From assembly GCA_016789175.1 (NCBI GenBank), contig JAEURK010000008.1, positions 1-63,240 of the forward strand: a DNA stretch of 63,240 nucleotides. The letters are read 5' to 3'. The DNA comes from Anaerolineales bacterium (lineage in GTDB: Bacteria; Chloroflexota; Anaerolineae; Anaerolineales; UBA6663). Under the pieces are notes generated by a model. That model was not told the origin of the DNA. It did no database searches and was given only the letters and a program-made list of their open reading frames with translations. Shown piece after piece: positions 16,869 through 26,905 of this stretch; position 1 is the stretch's first letter, and every line of letters starts with the position of its first letter. The translations under genes and the position numbers were made by a program.

Positions 16869-19100
16869 ATGATGGACCAAACAAACGAGGGCGCGATCGG
16901 TGTCCTGACCAGCGGCGGCGATGCACCGGGGATGAACGCAGCCCTGCGGGCCGTGGTGCGCACGGCGCTCAGCCATGGCGTCGGTGTCTTTGCGATCTAC
17001 GAAGGCTATCAGGGCATGGTCGACGGCGGCGAACGGCTGCGCGACATGGCCTGGGACTCCGTCGGTGGGATCATGCAACAAGGTGGGACGGTGATCGGCA
17101 CCGCCCGTTGCGCCGCCTTTCGCGAACGACCGGGCCGGTTGCAGGCCGCGCGACACCTGCTCGAACGCGGGATCGACCGGTTGGTGGTCATCGGCGGCGA
17201 TGGCAGCCTGACCGGCGCCAACCTGTTCCGCCAGGAGTGGCCCAGCCTGGTGGCCGAGCTGGCGGCTCAAGGCGCCATCACGGCCGAGACCGCCGCCCTG
17301 CACCCGCAGCTGGCGATTGTCGGCCTGGTCGGTTCGATCGACAATGACTTCCACGGCACCGACATGACAATCGGGGCCGACACGGCCCTGCATCGCATCA
17401 CGACCGCCCTCGACCAGATCGGCAGCACGGCCGCCAGCCATCAGCGCACGTTCGTGATCGAGGTCATGGGCCGTCACTGCGGCTACCTGGCATTGATGGC
17501 CGCTCTCGCCGGCACCGCCCACTGGGTGTTCCTACCCGAGAACCCTCCCGACGCCGACGACTGGGAAGCCGCCATGTGCGACGTGCTGGCGGCCGGCCGC
17601 ACCGCCGGGCGTCGCCATAGCACCGTGATCGTGGCTGAGGGCGCGCGCGATCGCAACGGCAACCCGATCACCAGCGAGCGCGTCCGCCAGGTGCTCGAGT
17701 CGCACTTGAAAGAGGATGTGCGGATCTCGATCCTGGGCCACATCCAGCGCGGCGGCGCCCCTAGCGCCTTCGACCGTTGGATGAGCACGCTCCTGGGCCA
17801 CGCAGCCGTCGAGCACCTGCTCGCCAGCACACCCGCGGACGAGCCCCAGGTGATCGGATTGCGCTACAACCGCATCACGCATTTGCCCTTGATGGAGTGC
17901 GTTGAGCAGACCCGCGCCGTCGCGACCGCGATTACCGCGCACGACTACGAACGCGCTATGGAGCTCCGCGGCGGAAGTTTCAAGGAGGCCTACCGCACCC
18001 TGCAGACGTTGATCCAGACGGTGCCCAAGGCCCCAAAGCCCGGTCAGCGTCGGCTGCGCTTCGGCGTCCTGACAACCGGCGGGCCGACGCCGGGGATGAA
18101 TACCGCTGTGCGGGCTGCGGTGCGCCTGGCAATCGACCGGGGCCACATCCCCCTGGCCGTCAGCAACGGCTTCGACGGCCTGGTCACCGGCCAGGTGCGC
18201 GAGTTCGGCTGGATGGACGTGCACGGCTGGGGCTCGGTCGGCGGCTCCAACCTGGGAACCAGTCGCCGCGTGCCTGCCGGATCCGACTTCGCAGCGATCG
18301 CCGAAACACTCGAAACGCACCGGATAGAAGGTCTGCTTTTGATCGGCGGCTGGTCCGCCTACGCCGCGGCCATGGAGCTCCAAAGTCGGCGACGGGAGTT
18401 CCCGGCGTTTGATATCCCGGTCATCTGCCTGCCCGCCTCGATCAGCAACAACCTGCCCGGCTCGGAGCTTTGCATCGGCGCCGACACCGCCCTCAACACC
18501 ATCGTCGAGGTGGTCGACAAGATCAAGAACTCGGCCGTGGCGGCCCGGCGTTGTTTCGTGGTCGAGGTCATGGGCGGGTACTGCGGCTACCTCGGCCTGA
18601 TGAGCGGCCTGGCTACCGGCGCCGAGCGCGTATACCTGCATGAGGAGGGCGTCAACCTGCGCGCCCTGCAGGACGATCTCAACCACATGACAGCCGGGTT
18701 CGAAACCGGACGGCGCCTCAGCCTGTTGATCCGCAACGAGCGCGCCAACCCGTTGTACTCGACCGCCTTCATGTGCGCCCTGTTCGAGCAGGAAAGCCAA
18801 AACCTGTTTGAGGTGCGGCAGGCGATCCTGGGCCACATGCAGCAGGGCGGCGATCCCTCGCCGTTTGATCGCATCCAGGCCACTCGTCTGGCCGCCCGCT
18901 GCGTCGATTTTCTGACCGAGGAGGCCGACCAGGGCACAGCCTCGAGCGCCCTGATCGGGATCCTGGGCGGCCGCATCAAGCTGACCGAGCTGGCCGATGT
19001 GCCGGAACTGATGGACCTGGACCACATCCGCCCCAGGCAACAGTGGTGGCTCGACCTGCGCCCCGTGGTGCAGCTGCTGGCCCAACCGGCTCGCACTTAG
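16869..19100 (+). CDS. pfk: 6-phosphofructokinase, tandem-duplicated eukaryote-type (catalytic N-half plus degenerate C-half)
   Basis: 743 aa. N-half motifs: GGDAPGMNA, IGGDGS, GSIDNDFHGTDMTIGADTAL, VMGRHCGYLA, HIQRGG. C-half motifs: GGPTPGMN, IGGWSAY, ASISNNLPGSELCIGADTAL, VMGGYCGYLG, HMQQGG. Confidence 0.9.
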   Translation: MMDQTNEGAIGVLTSGGDAPGMNAALRAVVRTALSHGVGVFAIYEGYQGMVDGGERLRDMAWDSVGGIMQQGGTVIGTARCAAFRERPGRLQAARHLLERGIDRLVVIGGDGSLTGANLFRQEWPSLVAELAAQGAITAETAALHPQLAIVGLVGSIDNDFHGTDMTIGADTALHRITTALDQIGSTAASHQRTFVIEVMGRHCGYLALMAALAGTAHWVFLPENPPDADDWEAAMCDVLAAGRTAGRRHSTVIVAEGARDRNGNPITSERVRQVLESHLKEDVRISILGHIQRGGAPSAFDRWMSTLLGHAAVEHLLASTPADEPQVIGLRYNRITHLPLMECVEQTRAVATAITAHDYERAMELRGGSFKEAYRTLQTLIQTVPKAPKPGQRRLRFGVLTTGGPTPGMNTAVRAAVRLAIDRGHIPLAVSNGFDGLVTGQVREFGWMDVHGWGSVGGSNLGTSRRVPAGSDFAAIAETLETHRIEGLLLIGGWSAYAAAMELQSRRREFPAFDIPVICLPASISNNLPGSELCIGADTALNTIVEVVDKIKNSAVAARRCFVVEVMGGYCGYLGLMSGLATGAERVYLHEEGVNLRALQDDLNHMTAGFETGRRLSLLIRNERANPLYSTAFMCALFEQESQNLFEVRQAILGHMQQGGDPSPFDRIQATRLAARCVDFLTEEADQGTASSALIGILGGRIKLTELADVPELMDLDHIRPRQQWWLDLRPVVQLLAQPART

Positions 19101-19119
19101 TCGGGCGACGATCCCGCAT

Positions 19120-19530
19120 CTACCCGGCCCGCTTGGTGCGCATGGCTCGCGTATGCTTCAAGCTTGGGTCGGCCGCAAGCCGCCGATAGTCTTTCGACTC
19201 GATGGCCACCAGCGCAACTTTGCCCTGGGCGTCATGATGCGTGCCCCAGCCGTAGCGTTTGCCCAGCGCCGACGCGCGCAGACACGGTTGCCCCTTTTCG
19301 AAGAACTTCGCGCGTTCCTCGGCCCAGCGCGCCTTGGGGATGTCGTTATAGAGCGCATGGGCGAGGAAGGCGATGTCTTCACCCGTATGCCGGTACGGGG
19401 CTTTGGCGATCAGTTCGTACTCCACCACAGCCCGGGTCTTCTTGTCGCCCTTCGCCAGTGGCACCTCGGCCTTCGGCGCCGAGCAATCCTCGGCGACTTC
19501 GATAAACGTGTCGTAGTACGTGGGGCCCAT
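19120..19530 (-). CDS. conserved hypothetical protein (resembles the DUF6157 family from memory)
   Basis: Track ORF trimmed to ATG 19530 (MGPTYYDTFIEVAEDC...), which is preceded by GGAGGA at 9 nt. The upstream 120 codons are Arg/Gly/Pro-rich and look non-coding. Confidence 0.5.
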   Translation of the reverse strand: MGPTYYDTFIEVAEDCSAPKAEVPLAKGDKKTRAVVEYELIAKAPYRHTGEDIAFLAHALYNDIPKARWAEERAKFFEKGQPCLRASALGKRYGWGTHHDAQGKVALVAIESKDYRRLAADPSLKHTRAMRTKRAG

Positions 19531-19602
19531 GACTAGCATTCCTCCGGTAATGGCCGCCGGCGTGCCGGCGCCTGCTGTGTTTCCCGGCCGGGTTGGGCCG
19601 GG

Positions 19603-20547
19603 ATGTCGATCGTGATGTATCGCGGGTGTGCCAAACGCACAGTCGTCATGCTGTCGATCTCCGGCATTACAATAGCGGCTACGATGTCTTCCGGCTTGCA
19701 AAAACGCGCAGATCGCTTTCAGAAGAAGGATGCCGAGCACCCGGGCATCCTCGATCCCCTTGCGGCCGCCCAGCGGTTTCGACTCAGCCGGTATCTGCCT
19801 TCGACCGACCTCGCGCCGTTCGTCGAGCAGCACTGGACCATCCACTGGGATCTGCGCGGACAGGCGCCGTACGTCTCCGAAGTGCTGCCCCATCCGAGCA
19901 TCAATTTAGCCTTCACCGACGAACGGGGCTGGATCACGGGCGTCACCACCGGCAAATACACGTACGATGTCCGCGATGTCGGCCTGATCGTGGGCACCAT
20001 GTTCCGGCCAGGCGGGTTCTTCGCTTACTGGCGTCGGCCCGTGACCGAACTGACCGATCGGGTCATCCCGGTGACCGATGTCTTCCCGACGGCCGGCGAT
20101 GACTTTCGCCACGATCTGCTCGCTCACGACACCGATGAGGGCCGCATCGCCTGTATCGAAGATCTGCTACGCGCTCACAACGCACAGACCGATCGGAACC
20201 TCAGCCTGGTCCGCGAGGCCCTGGACGCCATCGCGGCCCAGCCTGATCTGCGCACCGTTGAACGGGTGGCCCAGTCGATCCATGTCAGTGCGCGTACCTT
20301 GCAAAGCCTGTTTCGTCGGTATGTGGGGGTCGGGCTGAAGTGGGTGCTGATGCGCTATCGGCTGATCGAAGCCGCTGAACTGGCGGCGCGAACGCCGGAT
20401 CCAGATTGGTCGGCCATCGCCGTTGACCTGGGTTACACCGACCAATCCCATTTCGTCAACGACTTCAGGAAACTGGTCGGGCAGCCGCCGCACCAGTACA
20501 CGCAATCCATCCGTTCTTCGCCCTCCTCGCCCCTCCCACCACCTTAG
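19603..20547 (+). CDS. AraC family transcriptional regulator
   Basis: C-terminal AraC-type double HTH (SARTLQSLFRRYVGVGLKWVLMRYRL ... LGYTDQSHFVNDFRKLVGQPP). The real start is probably internal (for example ATG 19684, MSSGLQKR). Confidence 0.75.
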   Translation: MSIVMYRGCAKRTVVMLSISGITIAATMSSGLQKRADRFQKKDAEHPGILDPLAAAQRFRLSRYLPSTDLAPFVEQHWTIHWDLRGQAPYVSEVLPHPSINLAFTDERGWITGVTTGKYTYDVRDVGLIVGTMFRPGGFFAYWRRPVTELTDRVIPVTDVFPTAGDDFRHDLLAHDTDEGRIACIEDLLRAHNAQTDRNLSLVREALDAIAAQPDLRTVERVAQSIHVSARTLQSLFRRYVGVGLKWVLMRYRLIEAAELAARTPDPDWSAIAVDLGYTDQSHFVNDFRKLVGQPPHQYTQSIRSSPSSPLPPP

Positions 20548-20779
20548 CCCGTGTGAAATTCGTCCGAAATTCCGCGCGAAGGCCTCCGTTCTGGGGCTAT
20601 GCTGGCCCGTGTGGGCCGCGCTGCCAACGTCCATAAGCGCATCTATTACGAATCGTGATGGATCCTGGGCTGACGGGCCGCCCGGCCTGCGATACGATGC
20701 ACATGTCCTCGCTTGAGCCCGCGCCCGACGCGCCGCTCGATCGACGCTAAGCTCAGGCGCGGCCAGGAGGTTCCTCGGA

Positions 20780-22174
20780 ATGGATCCCACGCTGATCGCG
20801 CGGTGGCAATTCGGCATCACCACCGTCTACCATTACTTTTTCGTGCCGCTCACCATCGGGCTGTCGTTGATGACGGCTTTGATGCAGACCTTGTGGGTGC
20901 TCAACGGCCAGGACGTCTACAAACAGATGACCAAGTTCTGGGGCAAGTTGCTCCTGATCAACTTCTCCATGGGCGTGGTCACCGGCATCGTCCAGGAGTT
21001 CCAGTTCGGCATGAACTGGTCCGCCTACTCGCGCTTCGTTGGCGATATCTTCGGCGCTCCGCTCGCGATCGAAGCCCTCCTGGCCTTCTTCATGGAGAGC
21101 ACGTTTCTCGGCTTGTGGATCTTCGGGTGGGATCGTGTTCCAAAGCGCGTGCACCTGGCTTCGATCTGGCTGGTGGCCATCGGCACCGTGCTCTCGTCGG
21201 TCTGGATCATGGTCGCCAACGCCTTTATGCAGAACCCGGTCGGCTTTGCGCTTCGCAACGGCCGGGCCGAGATGACCGACATCCTGGCTCTGCTCTTCAA
21301 CCCCAGCGTGCAGGTGGCCTTCCCACACGTCCTCGGCGGCGCCTTCACGACCGCCGGGTTCTTCGTGATGGGCATCAGCGCCTGGCACCTGCTGCGCAAG
21401 TCACACGTTGAATTGTTCAAACGTTCGTTTCAGCTCGGCGCTATCGTCGGCCTGATCGCCATCGGCCTGACGGTGCTCAACGGCCACGACCAGGCCCGCC
21501 ACATGATCGTGGCCCAGCCGATGAAGATGGCCGCGGCCGAGGGCCTGTATGTTACCGAGGACCCGGCGTCTTTCTCGGTGCTCACGATCGGCGACTTTCA
21601 GGGCAACGAGATCTACTCGCTGCGCATCCCGACCCTGCTCAGTCTGCTCTCGTATAACCAGCTCACCGGTGTGGTGCGCGGTATGGACGACATCCAGGCC
21701 GAATACCAGGCCCGCTTTGGACCCGGCGACTACCGCCCGCCCGCCTATGTCGTGTACTGGTCGTTCCGGGCCATGGTCGGCTCCGGGTTCGCCATGCTCG
21801 GCCTGGCCGTGGTCGGCCTGGTGATCAGCCTCGGGGATCTGACCGACCGCGCCGGGCGCTGGATGGGCCTCTACCCGCTTGCCATGCTGCTGCCCTACCT
21901 GGCCAACTCAGCCGGCTGGCTGATGACCGAGGTCGGGCGCTCGCCCTGGGTGGTCTACGGCCTTATGAAGATCGAGGACGCGGTTTCGCCCAACGTCAGC
22001 GCCGAGGCCGTGCTCTTCACGACCATCGGCTTCACGCTGCTGTATGCGGCCCTGATGGTAGCCGACCTGTACCTGATGCGCCGTTTCGCGCAGGCGCCCG
22101 ACCTGGCCTTCGGGCCGCTCGACGCTCATGCAGGGCCCGATCTGCCGGCGCCATCCCTGGTGGGCACCGACTGA
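20780..22174 (+). CDS. cydA: cytochrome bd ubiquinol oxidase subunit I
   Basis: 464 aa. Typical CydA N-terminus (RWQFGITTVYHYFFVPLTIG), multi-TM, AGGAGG 6 nt upstream. Confidence 0.95.
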   Translation: MDPTLIARWQFGITTVYHYFFVPLTIGLSLMTALMQTLWVLNGQDVYKQMTKFWGKLLLINFSMGVVTGIVQEFQFGMNWSAYSRFVGDIFGAPLAIEALLAFFMESTFLGLWIFGWDRVPKRVHLASIWLVAIGTVLSSVWIMVANAFMQNPVGFALRNGRAEMTDILALLFNPSVQVAFPHVLGGAFTTAGFFVMGISAWHLLRKSHVELFKRSFQLGAIVGLIAIGLTVLNGHDQARHMIVAQPMKMAAAEGLYVTEDPASFSVLTIGDFQGNEIYSLRIPTLLSLLSYNQLTGVVRGMDDIQAEYQARFGPGDYRPPAYVVYWSFRAMVGSGFAMLGLAVVGLVISLGDLTDRAGRWMGLYPLAMLLPYLANSAGWLMTEVGRSPWVVYGLMKIEDAVSPNVSAEAVLFTTIGFTLLYAALMVADLYLMRRFAQAPDLAFGPLDAHAGPDLPAPSLVGTD

Positions 22175-22189
22175 GGCAAGGAGGCCGCG

Positions 22190-23215
22190 ATGTCCTTCGA
22201 TCTCAACATCCTCTGGTTCATCCTGATCGCCGTCCTGTACATCGGCTTCTTCGTGCTGGAAGGCTTCGATTTCGGCGTCGGACTGCTGCTGCCCGTGCTC
22301 GGTCGCACCGATCTCGAGCGCCGCGCGATCATCAACACGATCGGACCGCACTGGGACGGCAACGAGGTCTGGCTGCTAACCGCCGGCGGCGCGACCTTCG
22401 CGGCCTTCCCGCATTGGTATGCCACGTTCTTCAGCGGCTTCTATCTGCCGCTGTTCCTGGTGCTCTTCGGCCTGATCATCCGCGGCGTGGCCTTCGAATT
22501 TCGAAGCAAGAGCCCGGGTGCGCAGTGGCGGCGCCTGTGGGATACCTGCATCTTCGTCGGCAGCCTGCTCCCCGCCCTGCTGCTCGGCGTGGCTTTCGCC
22601 AACCTGACTCGCGGCGTGGCGATCGATGCCGACATGAACATGATCGGCAGCGTGTTCGACCTGCTCAACGGCTACAGCCTGCTCGGCGGCGTCGCCGGGG
22701 TGCTGCTTTTCGCGACCTACGGCGCCGTCTTCCTCAGCCTCAAGCTGACCGACGACCTCGAGACCCGCGCCGCAAACTGGGCGCGCCGACTCTGGCCGTT
22801 CGCGGCAGTCGCCCAGATCGTGTTCTTCCTGGCGACCTACGCATCGACCGATCTGCTGACCCATATCGGCATCAACCCGGGTCCGCTGCCGTTCGCCATG
22901 ATCGGCGCGCTGCTGGTGGCCGGGCTGTTCATCCTGCGCGGTCGCCTGCCCGGCTGGACCTTTGCGCTCCTCGGTTTCGCGATTGCGGCCCAGACTGCGT
23001 TTACCTTCGGCCTGTTGTTCCCGCGGGTCATGGTCTCGAATCTCGACCCGGCCTACAGCCTGACGATCTACACCGCGGCGTCGAGCCCCTACACCCTGAC
23101 CGTGATGACCGTGGTCGCGCTGTTCTTCGTGCCGATCATCGTGATCTATCAGGGCTGGACGTATTGGGTCTTCCGCAAGCGGGTCGAAGCCAAGCCCGAA
23201 GGTCTCGTGTATTGA
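22190..23215 (+). CDS. cydB: cytochrome bd ubiquinol oxidase subunit II
   Basis: 341 aa. CydB-like N-terminus (LWFILIAVLYIGFFVLEGFDFGVG). Starts 15 nt after cydA. Confidence 0.95.
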   Translation: MSFDLNILWFILIAVLYIGFFVLEGFDFGVGLLLPVLGRTDLERRAIINTIGPHWDGNEVWLLTAGGATFAAFPHWYATFFSGFYLPLFLVLFGLIIRGVAFEFRSKSPGAQWRRLWDTCIFVGSLLPALLLGVAFANLTRGVAIDADMNMIGSVFDLLNGYSLLGGVAGVLLFATYGAVFLSLKLTDDLETRAANWARRLWPFAAVAQIVFFLATYASTDLLTHIGINPGPLPFAMIGALLVAGLFILRGRLPGWTFALLGFAIAAQTAFTFGLLFPRVMVSNLDPAYSLTIYTAASSPYTLTVMTVVALFFVPIIVIYQGWTYWVFRKRVEAKPEGLVY

Positions 23216-23229
23216 GCCTTGAGCGAGTC

Positions 23230-23278
23230 CGGATGAGCCTGTCAGCCGGGCCAAACCCGGTTCCGACAGGCTCATCCG
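23230..23278 (+). terminator. hairpin terminator after cydB
   Basis: CGGATGAGCCTGTC (23230-23243) pairs with GACAGGCTCATCCG (23265-23278), with a GC-rich inner stem, followed by TTTAT. Confidence 0.6.
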
Positions 23279-23307
23279 TTTATCCGGCGCGGACCGTGTG
23301 ACGTTCT

Positions 23308-26300
23308 ATGCTGCAACAGAGGGTGTTGACACTGGCCCGATCGGCGCCGTTGACGACGGCCCTGGCCGTCGGCGCCGGGTGGCTCGTCGCCGCGCTGGCG
23401 ATCGCCCAGGCCTGGTGCCTGAGCGTCACGATCGAGTCCGCCTTCTTGAACAAAGCGGGCCTCGATACCGTGGCTGGCTGGCTGTTCGCTGCGGCCGTCC
23501 TGATCGTCGTCCGTGGGGCTGCGACGGCCGTGGCCGAAGTTGCCGCAGCGGCCGGGTCTCGCCGCATCCGCGCCCGGCTGCGCCTTGATCTGGCCCGGGC
23601 CGTGATGCGCCGCGGCCTGACGTTCTCGACAACCACGCAAAGCGGTGAACTGGCTCAGACGCTCACCGATGGCGTCGACGCGCTCGATGCTTTCTTCAGT
23701 CAGTATCTGCCGCAGATCGCCCAGACCGCCTTGATCCCGCTCACGATCGGGTTGGTGGTGGTCACACAGGATCCGCTCACGGCGCTCGTACTGGCGCTGA
23801 CCGCGCCGTTGGTGCCGGTCTTCATGATCCTGGTAGGCTACGCGGCCCAGGCGCTCACCCGCCGCCAGTTCGCGTTGCTTGGGCAGCTGGGCGGACACTT
23901 TCTCGACGTCCTGCAGGGCCTGACCACGCTCAAGCTCCTCGGCCGCGGCGCCGCCCAGGCGGTCGTGCTGGCGCGCTACAGCGCCCGCTACCGCAGCGCA
24001 ACAATGGCCGTCCTGCGGCTGGCCTTCCTCTCGGCCCTGGTGCTCGAACTGCTGACCACGCTCAGCACGGCCGTGATCGCGGTCGAGATCGGCCTGCGCC
24101 TTATCAACGGCGCCCTGACGTTTCAGACAGCGCTCTTCGCCCTGATCCTGACCCCCGACTTCTACCTGCCGTTGCGCCTGCTCGGCCAACGCTATCATGC
24201 AGCGGCGTCTGGGCTCGGCGCAGCCGAACGCTTGTTTGCCCTGCTCGATGAGCCCGACCCGCCGCCGGTCGTCAACACGCCGCCACCCGCGGGCGGGTTG
24301 CAGGTGACTAACCTGGGTGTGATCTATCCCGACGGGCGACCCGCCCTTGCCGACGTGAGTTTCTCGGCCCCGCCCGGCTCGGTCATCGCCGTCATCGGCG
24401 CCAACGGCTCGGGCAAGAGCACGTTGTTGCGCGCGATCGCAGGGCTGCAGCGGCCGAGCCAGGGCAGCCTTGGATTCCGAACGGGCAGCCTGTTCGTCGG
24501 CGCGGCCTGGCCCGAACAGGTCGCCTACCTGCCCCAGCGCCCGCATGTGTTTGCCGACACACTCGGCGCCAACATCGCGCTGGCGCGCCCGGCTGCGTCG
24601 GCGGTCGAGATCCGCGCCGCAGCCGCCGACGCCGGCCTCACAGGCTTCTTGAAGCAACTCCCGAACGGTCTCGACACGCAACTGTCCGAGCTGGGCCGAA
24701 ATCTCTCCGGCGGACAGGCCCAACGCATTGCGCTGGCGCGTGTCTGCCTCCAGGTGGCGCCGTTGGTCGTGCTCGATGAACCCGAGCAGTCGCTCGACTC
24801 ACTCCTGACCGCGCGGTTGGTTTCGCTGGTGCGCGCCTGGAAGGGCGCCCGCACGGTCGTGCTCGCGGCACATCGGCGGGTTCTGGCCGAGGGGGCCGAT
24901 CTGGTGCTGGTGCTCGAACACGGCCGGCTGGTCCTGAGCGGCCCGCCCGAGATCGTGCTCCCGCAATGCCCGTGGCTCGACGACGCGATGGTGCCGCTCG
25001 AGGCCGAGGTCGCACCCTCGGTCGAGGCGCCGCCCAGCGCGTCGCCCGAGGTGTCGGGGCCTGGTTCCGGCAACCTCACAGCGCTGAGCCGCTTGTGGAT
25101 CCTGGCACAGACCGAGTGGCGCCGGATGACCCTGGCACTGCTCCTGGCCGCCCTGACAATCGCCGCCAACGTCGCCCTGATGACGACCAGCGCCTACTTG
25201 ATCGCGGCCGCTGCGCTGCAGCCGCCTTTGACCGCGCTCAGCCTCGCGATCGTCGGCACCCGCGCGTTCGGCCTCGCCCGCGGCGTATTGCGCTATCTCG
25301 AACGCCTGGCCGCGCACGACGTCAGCCTGCGTCTGCTGACCCGCTTGCGGGTCTGGTTCTACACCGCGCTCGAGCCGCTCTGGCCGGCGCGTCTGGTCCG
25401 GGCGCACACCGGCGATCTGGTGACGCGGGCTGTGGCCGATATCGACACCTTGCAGGATGCCTACGTCCGCCTCTGGGCGCCGCCGGCTGCGGCCGTCCTC
25501 CTGGCCGCGGCCGGCACGATCAGCCTGATACAGATCGACCCGGCCCTGGCCATGATCGCGTTCCTCGGCGCCGCGGCCGTGGCCGTCGGGCTACCGGCCT
25601 GGGGGCTGTTCACGTCACACGCGCCGGGCGCGGCCATGATCGCGTCACGGTCGGAGCTCCAACAATCGATCGTGGACGGCGTTCAGGGTCAGACCGACCT
25701 GTTGGCCTGCAACCAATCCGAGGCCTGGATGGCGCGGGTCGTGGCCGCTCAAGGCCGGGCCAACCAGGCCCAGAGGCGTCTGACGACCCTCGCTGCAGTC
25801 CAATCCGGCCTGACGACGATCCTGACCCACCTGACCGTCCTCGGCGTGCTGGCCCGCGGCGTGGCCCTGGCGCAGGCCGGCCGCCTCGACGGTGTCTGGC
25901 TGGCCCCGCTGGCGCTCGGAACGTTGGCCGCATTTGAGGCCTTCGTGCCCCTGCCGGCGGCTGCCGCTGCGCTGGGCGCCATCCTGGCGGCCGCCCGCCG
26001 CGTGTTCGCGATCGTGGCCCCCGAGCGCCGGCAGCCGCCGGCCCAGGCCGAGCCCGGTATCCCGGCGCAACCCGACGACCGAGGACACGCCCCGGCTCTG
26101 GGCCTTGAGATCCGCGACTTGACGTTTCAATACCCGGGCCAGAGCCGCCCGGCGCTCGAATCCGTCAGCCTTTCGCTCAAGCCCGGCGAGCGGCTGGCCC
26201 TGGTCGGACCCAGCGGCTCGGGCAAGTCGACGGTCGCGGCCCTGCTGACCCGCCTGTGGCAACCGCCACCGGGCGCGCTGTGGGTCGACGGCCGCGATGC

Positions 26301-26790
26301 TGTCGATCTGACACCCGACGAGCTCCGCCGTCAGATCAGCGTGCTCGAGCAGAACCCGCATGTCTTCAACGCCAGCCTGCGCGAAAACCTCCTGCTCGCG
26401 GACCCGATCGCCCCGCCCGACTTGCTCTGGTCTGCCCTGGCACGCGTCGGGCTCAAAGACTTCGTGACCGGGTTGCCGGCCGGCCTCGAGACCGTCATCG
26501 GTGAACGTGGGCTGGGCTTGAGCGGCGGCCAACGCCAGCGCCTCGCCCTGGCCCGGCTGCTCCTTCGCCCCGGTCGGCTCATCATCGCTGACGAGCCGGT
26601 CTCACACCTCGACCCGGCCGGCGCCGACTCGATCCTGGCCGACCTTTTCGCGGCCGCGGCGGGTCGCAGCCTGATCGTGATCTCGCACGATCGACTGCGC
26701 CCAAACGACTATGCCTCGGTCGTCCACCTGCAATCCGGTCGGGTGCAGTTCATCTGGCGCCCCGAGCGGGCCGCGCCGCCGATCGCTTGA
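23308..26790 (+). CDS. cydDC: fused CydD-CydC type ABC exporter (TMD-NBD-TMD-NBD in one polypeptide)
   Basis: 1160 aa. Two six-helix TMDs and two NBDs: GANGSGKST / LSGGQAQRIALAR / VLDEPE, then GPSGSGKST / LSGGQRQRLALAR / IIADEP. Located directly downstream of cydAB. Confidence 0.85.
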   Translation: MLQQRVLTLARSAPLTTALAVGAGWLVAALAIAQAWCLSVTIESAFLNKAGLDTVAGWLFAAAVLIVVRGAATAVAEVAAAAGSRRIRARLRLDLARAVMRRGLTFSTTTQSGELAQTLTDGVDALDAFFSQYLPQIAQTALIPLTIGLVVVTQDPLTALVLALTAPLVPVFMILVGYAAQALTRRQFALLGQLGGHFLDVLQGLTTLKLLGRGAAQAVVLARYSARYRSATMAVLRLAFLSALVLELLTTLSTAVIAVEIGLRLINGALTFQTALFALILTPDFYLPLRLLGQRYHAAASGLGAAERLFALLDEPDPPPVVNTPPPAGGLQVTNLGVIYPDGRPALADVSFSAPPGSVIAVIGANGSGKSTLLRAIAGLQRPSQGSLGFRTGSLFVGAAWPEQVAYLPQRPHVFADTLGANIALARPAASAVEIRAAAADAGLTGFLKQLPNGLDTQLSELGRNLSGGQAQRIALARVCLQVAPLVVLDEPEQSLDSLLTARLVSLVRAWKGARTVVLAAHRRVLAEGADLVLVLEHGRLVLSGPPEIVLPQCPWLDDAMVPLEAEVAPSVEAPPSASPEVSGPGSGNLTALSRLWILAQTEWRRMTLALLLAALTIAANVALMTTSAYLIAAAALQPPLTALSLAIVGTRAFGLARGVLRYLERLAAHDVSLRLLTRLRVWFYTALEPLWPARLVRAHTGDLVTRAVADIDTLQDAYVRLWAPPAAAVLLAAAGTISLIQIDPALAMIAFLGAAAVAVGLPAWGLFTSHAPGAAMIASRSELQQSIVDGVQGQTDLLACNQSEAWMARVVAAQGRANQAQRRLTTLAAVQSGLTTILTHLTVLGVLARGVALAQAGRLDGVWLAPLALGTLAAFEAFVPLPAAAAALGAILAAARRVFAIVAPERRQPPAQAEPGIPAQPDDRGHAPALGLEIRDLTFQYPGQSRPALESVSLSLKPGERLALVGPSGSGKSTVAALLTRLWQPPPGALWVDGRDAVDLTPDELRRQISVLEQNPHVFNASLRENLLLADPIAPPDLLWSALARVGLKDFVTGLPAGLETVIGERGLGLSGGQRQRLALARLLLRPGRLIIADEPVSHLDPAGADSILADLFAAAAGRSLIVISHDRLRPNDYASVVHLQSGRVQFIWRPERAAPPIA

Positions 26791-26905
26791 CAACCCGGCC
26801 CGATCCGCAGAGGATGGTGCTCGCCCATTCGCCCACACGCCTTTGTTGGGTCGAACGGGTCACCGGCGCCGCTGCGCCGGCCATGCCGCTGACGAGCGAA
26901 ACACC

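Noticed and set aside
17532-19085. 517-aa minus-strand ORF opposite the PFK gene
   Set aside because: It is an antisense shadow of a gene with clear catalytic motifs.
23272-24723. 483-aa minus-strand ORF opposite cydDC
   Set aside because: It is an antisense shadow with no ABC or other motifs.
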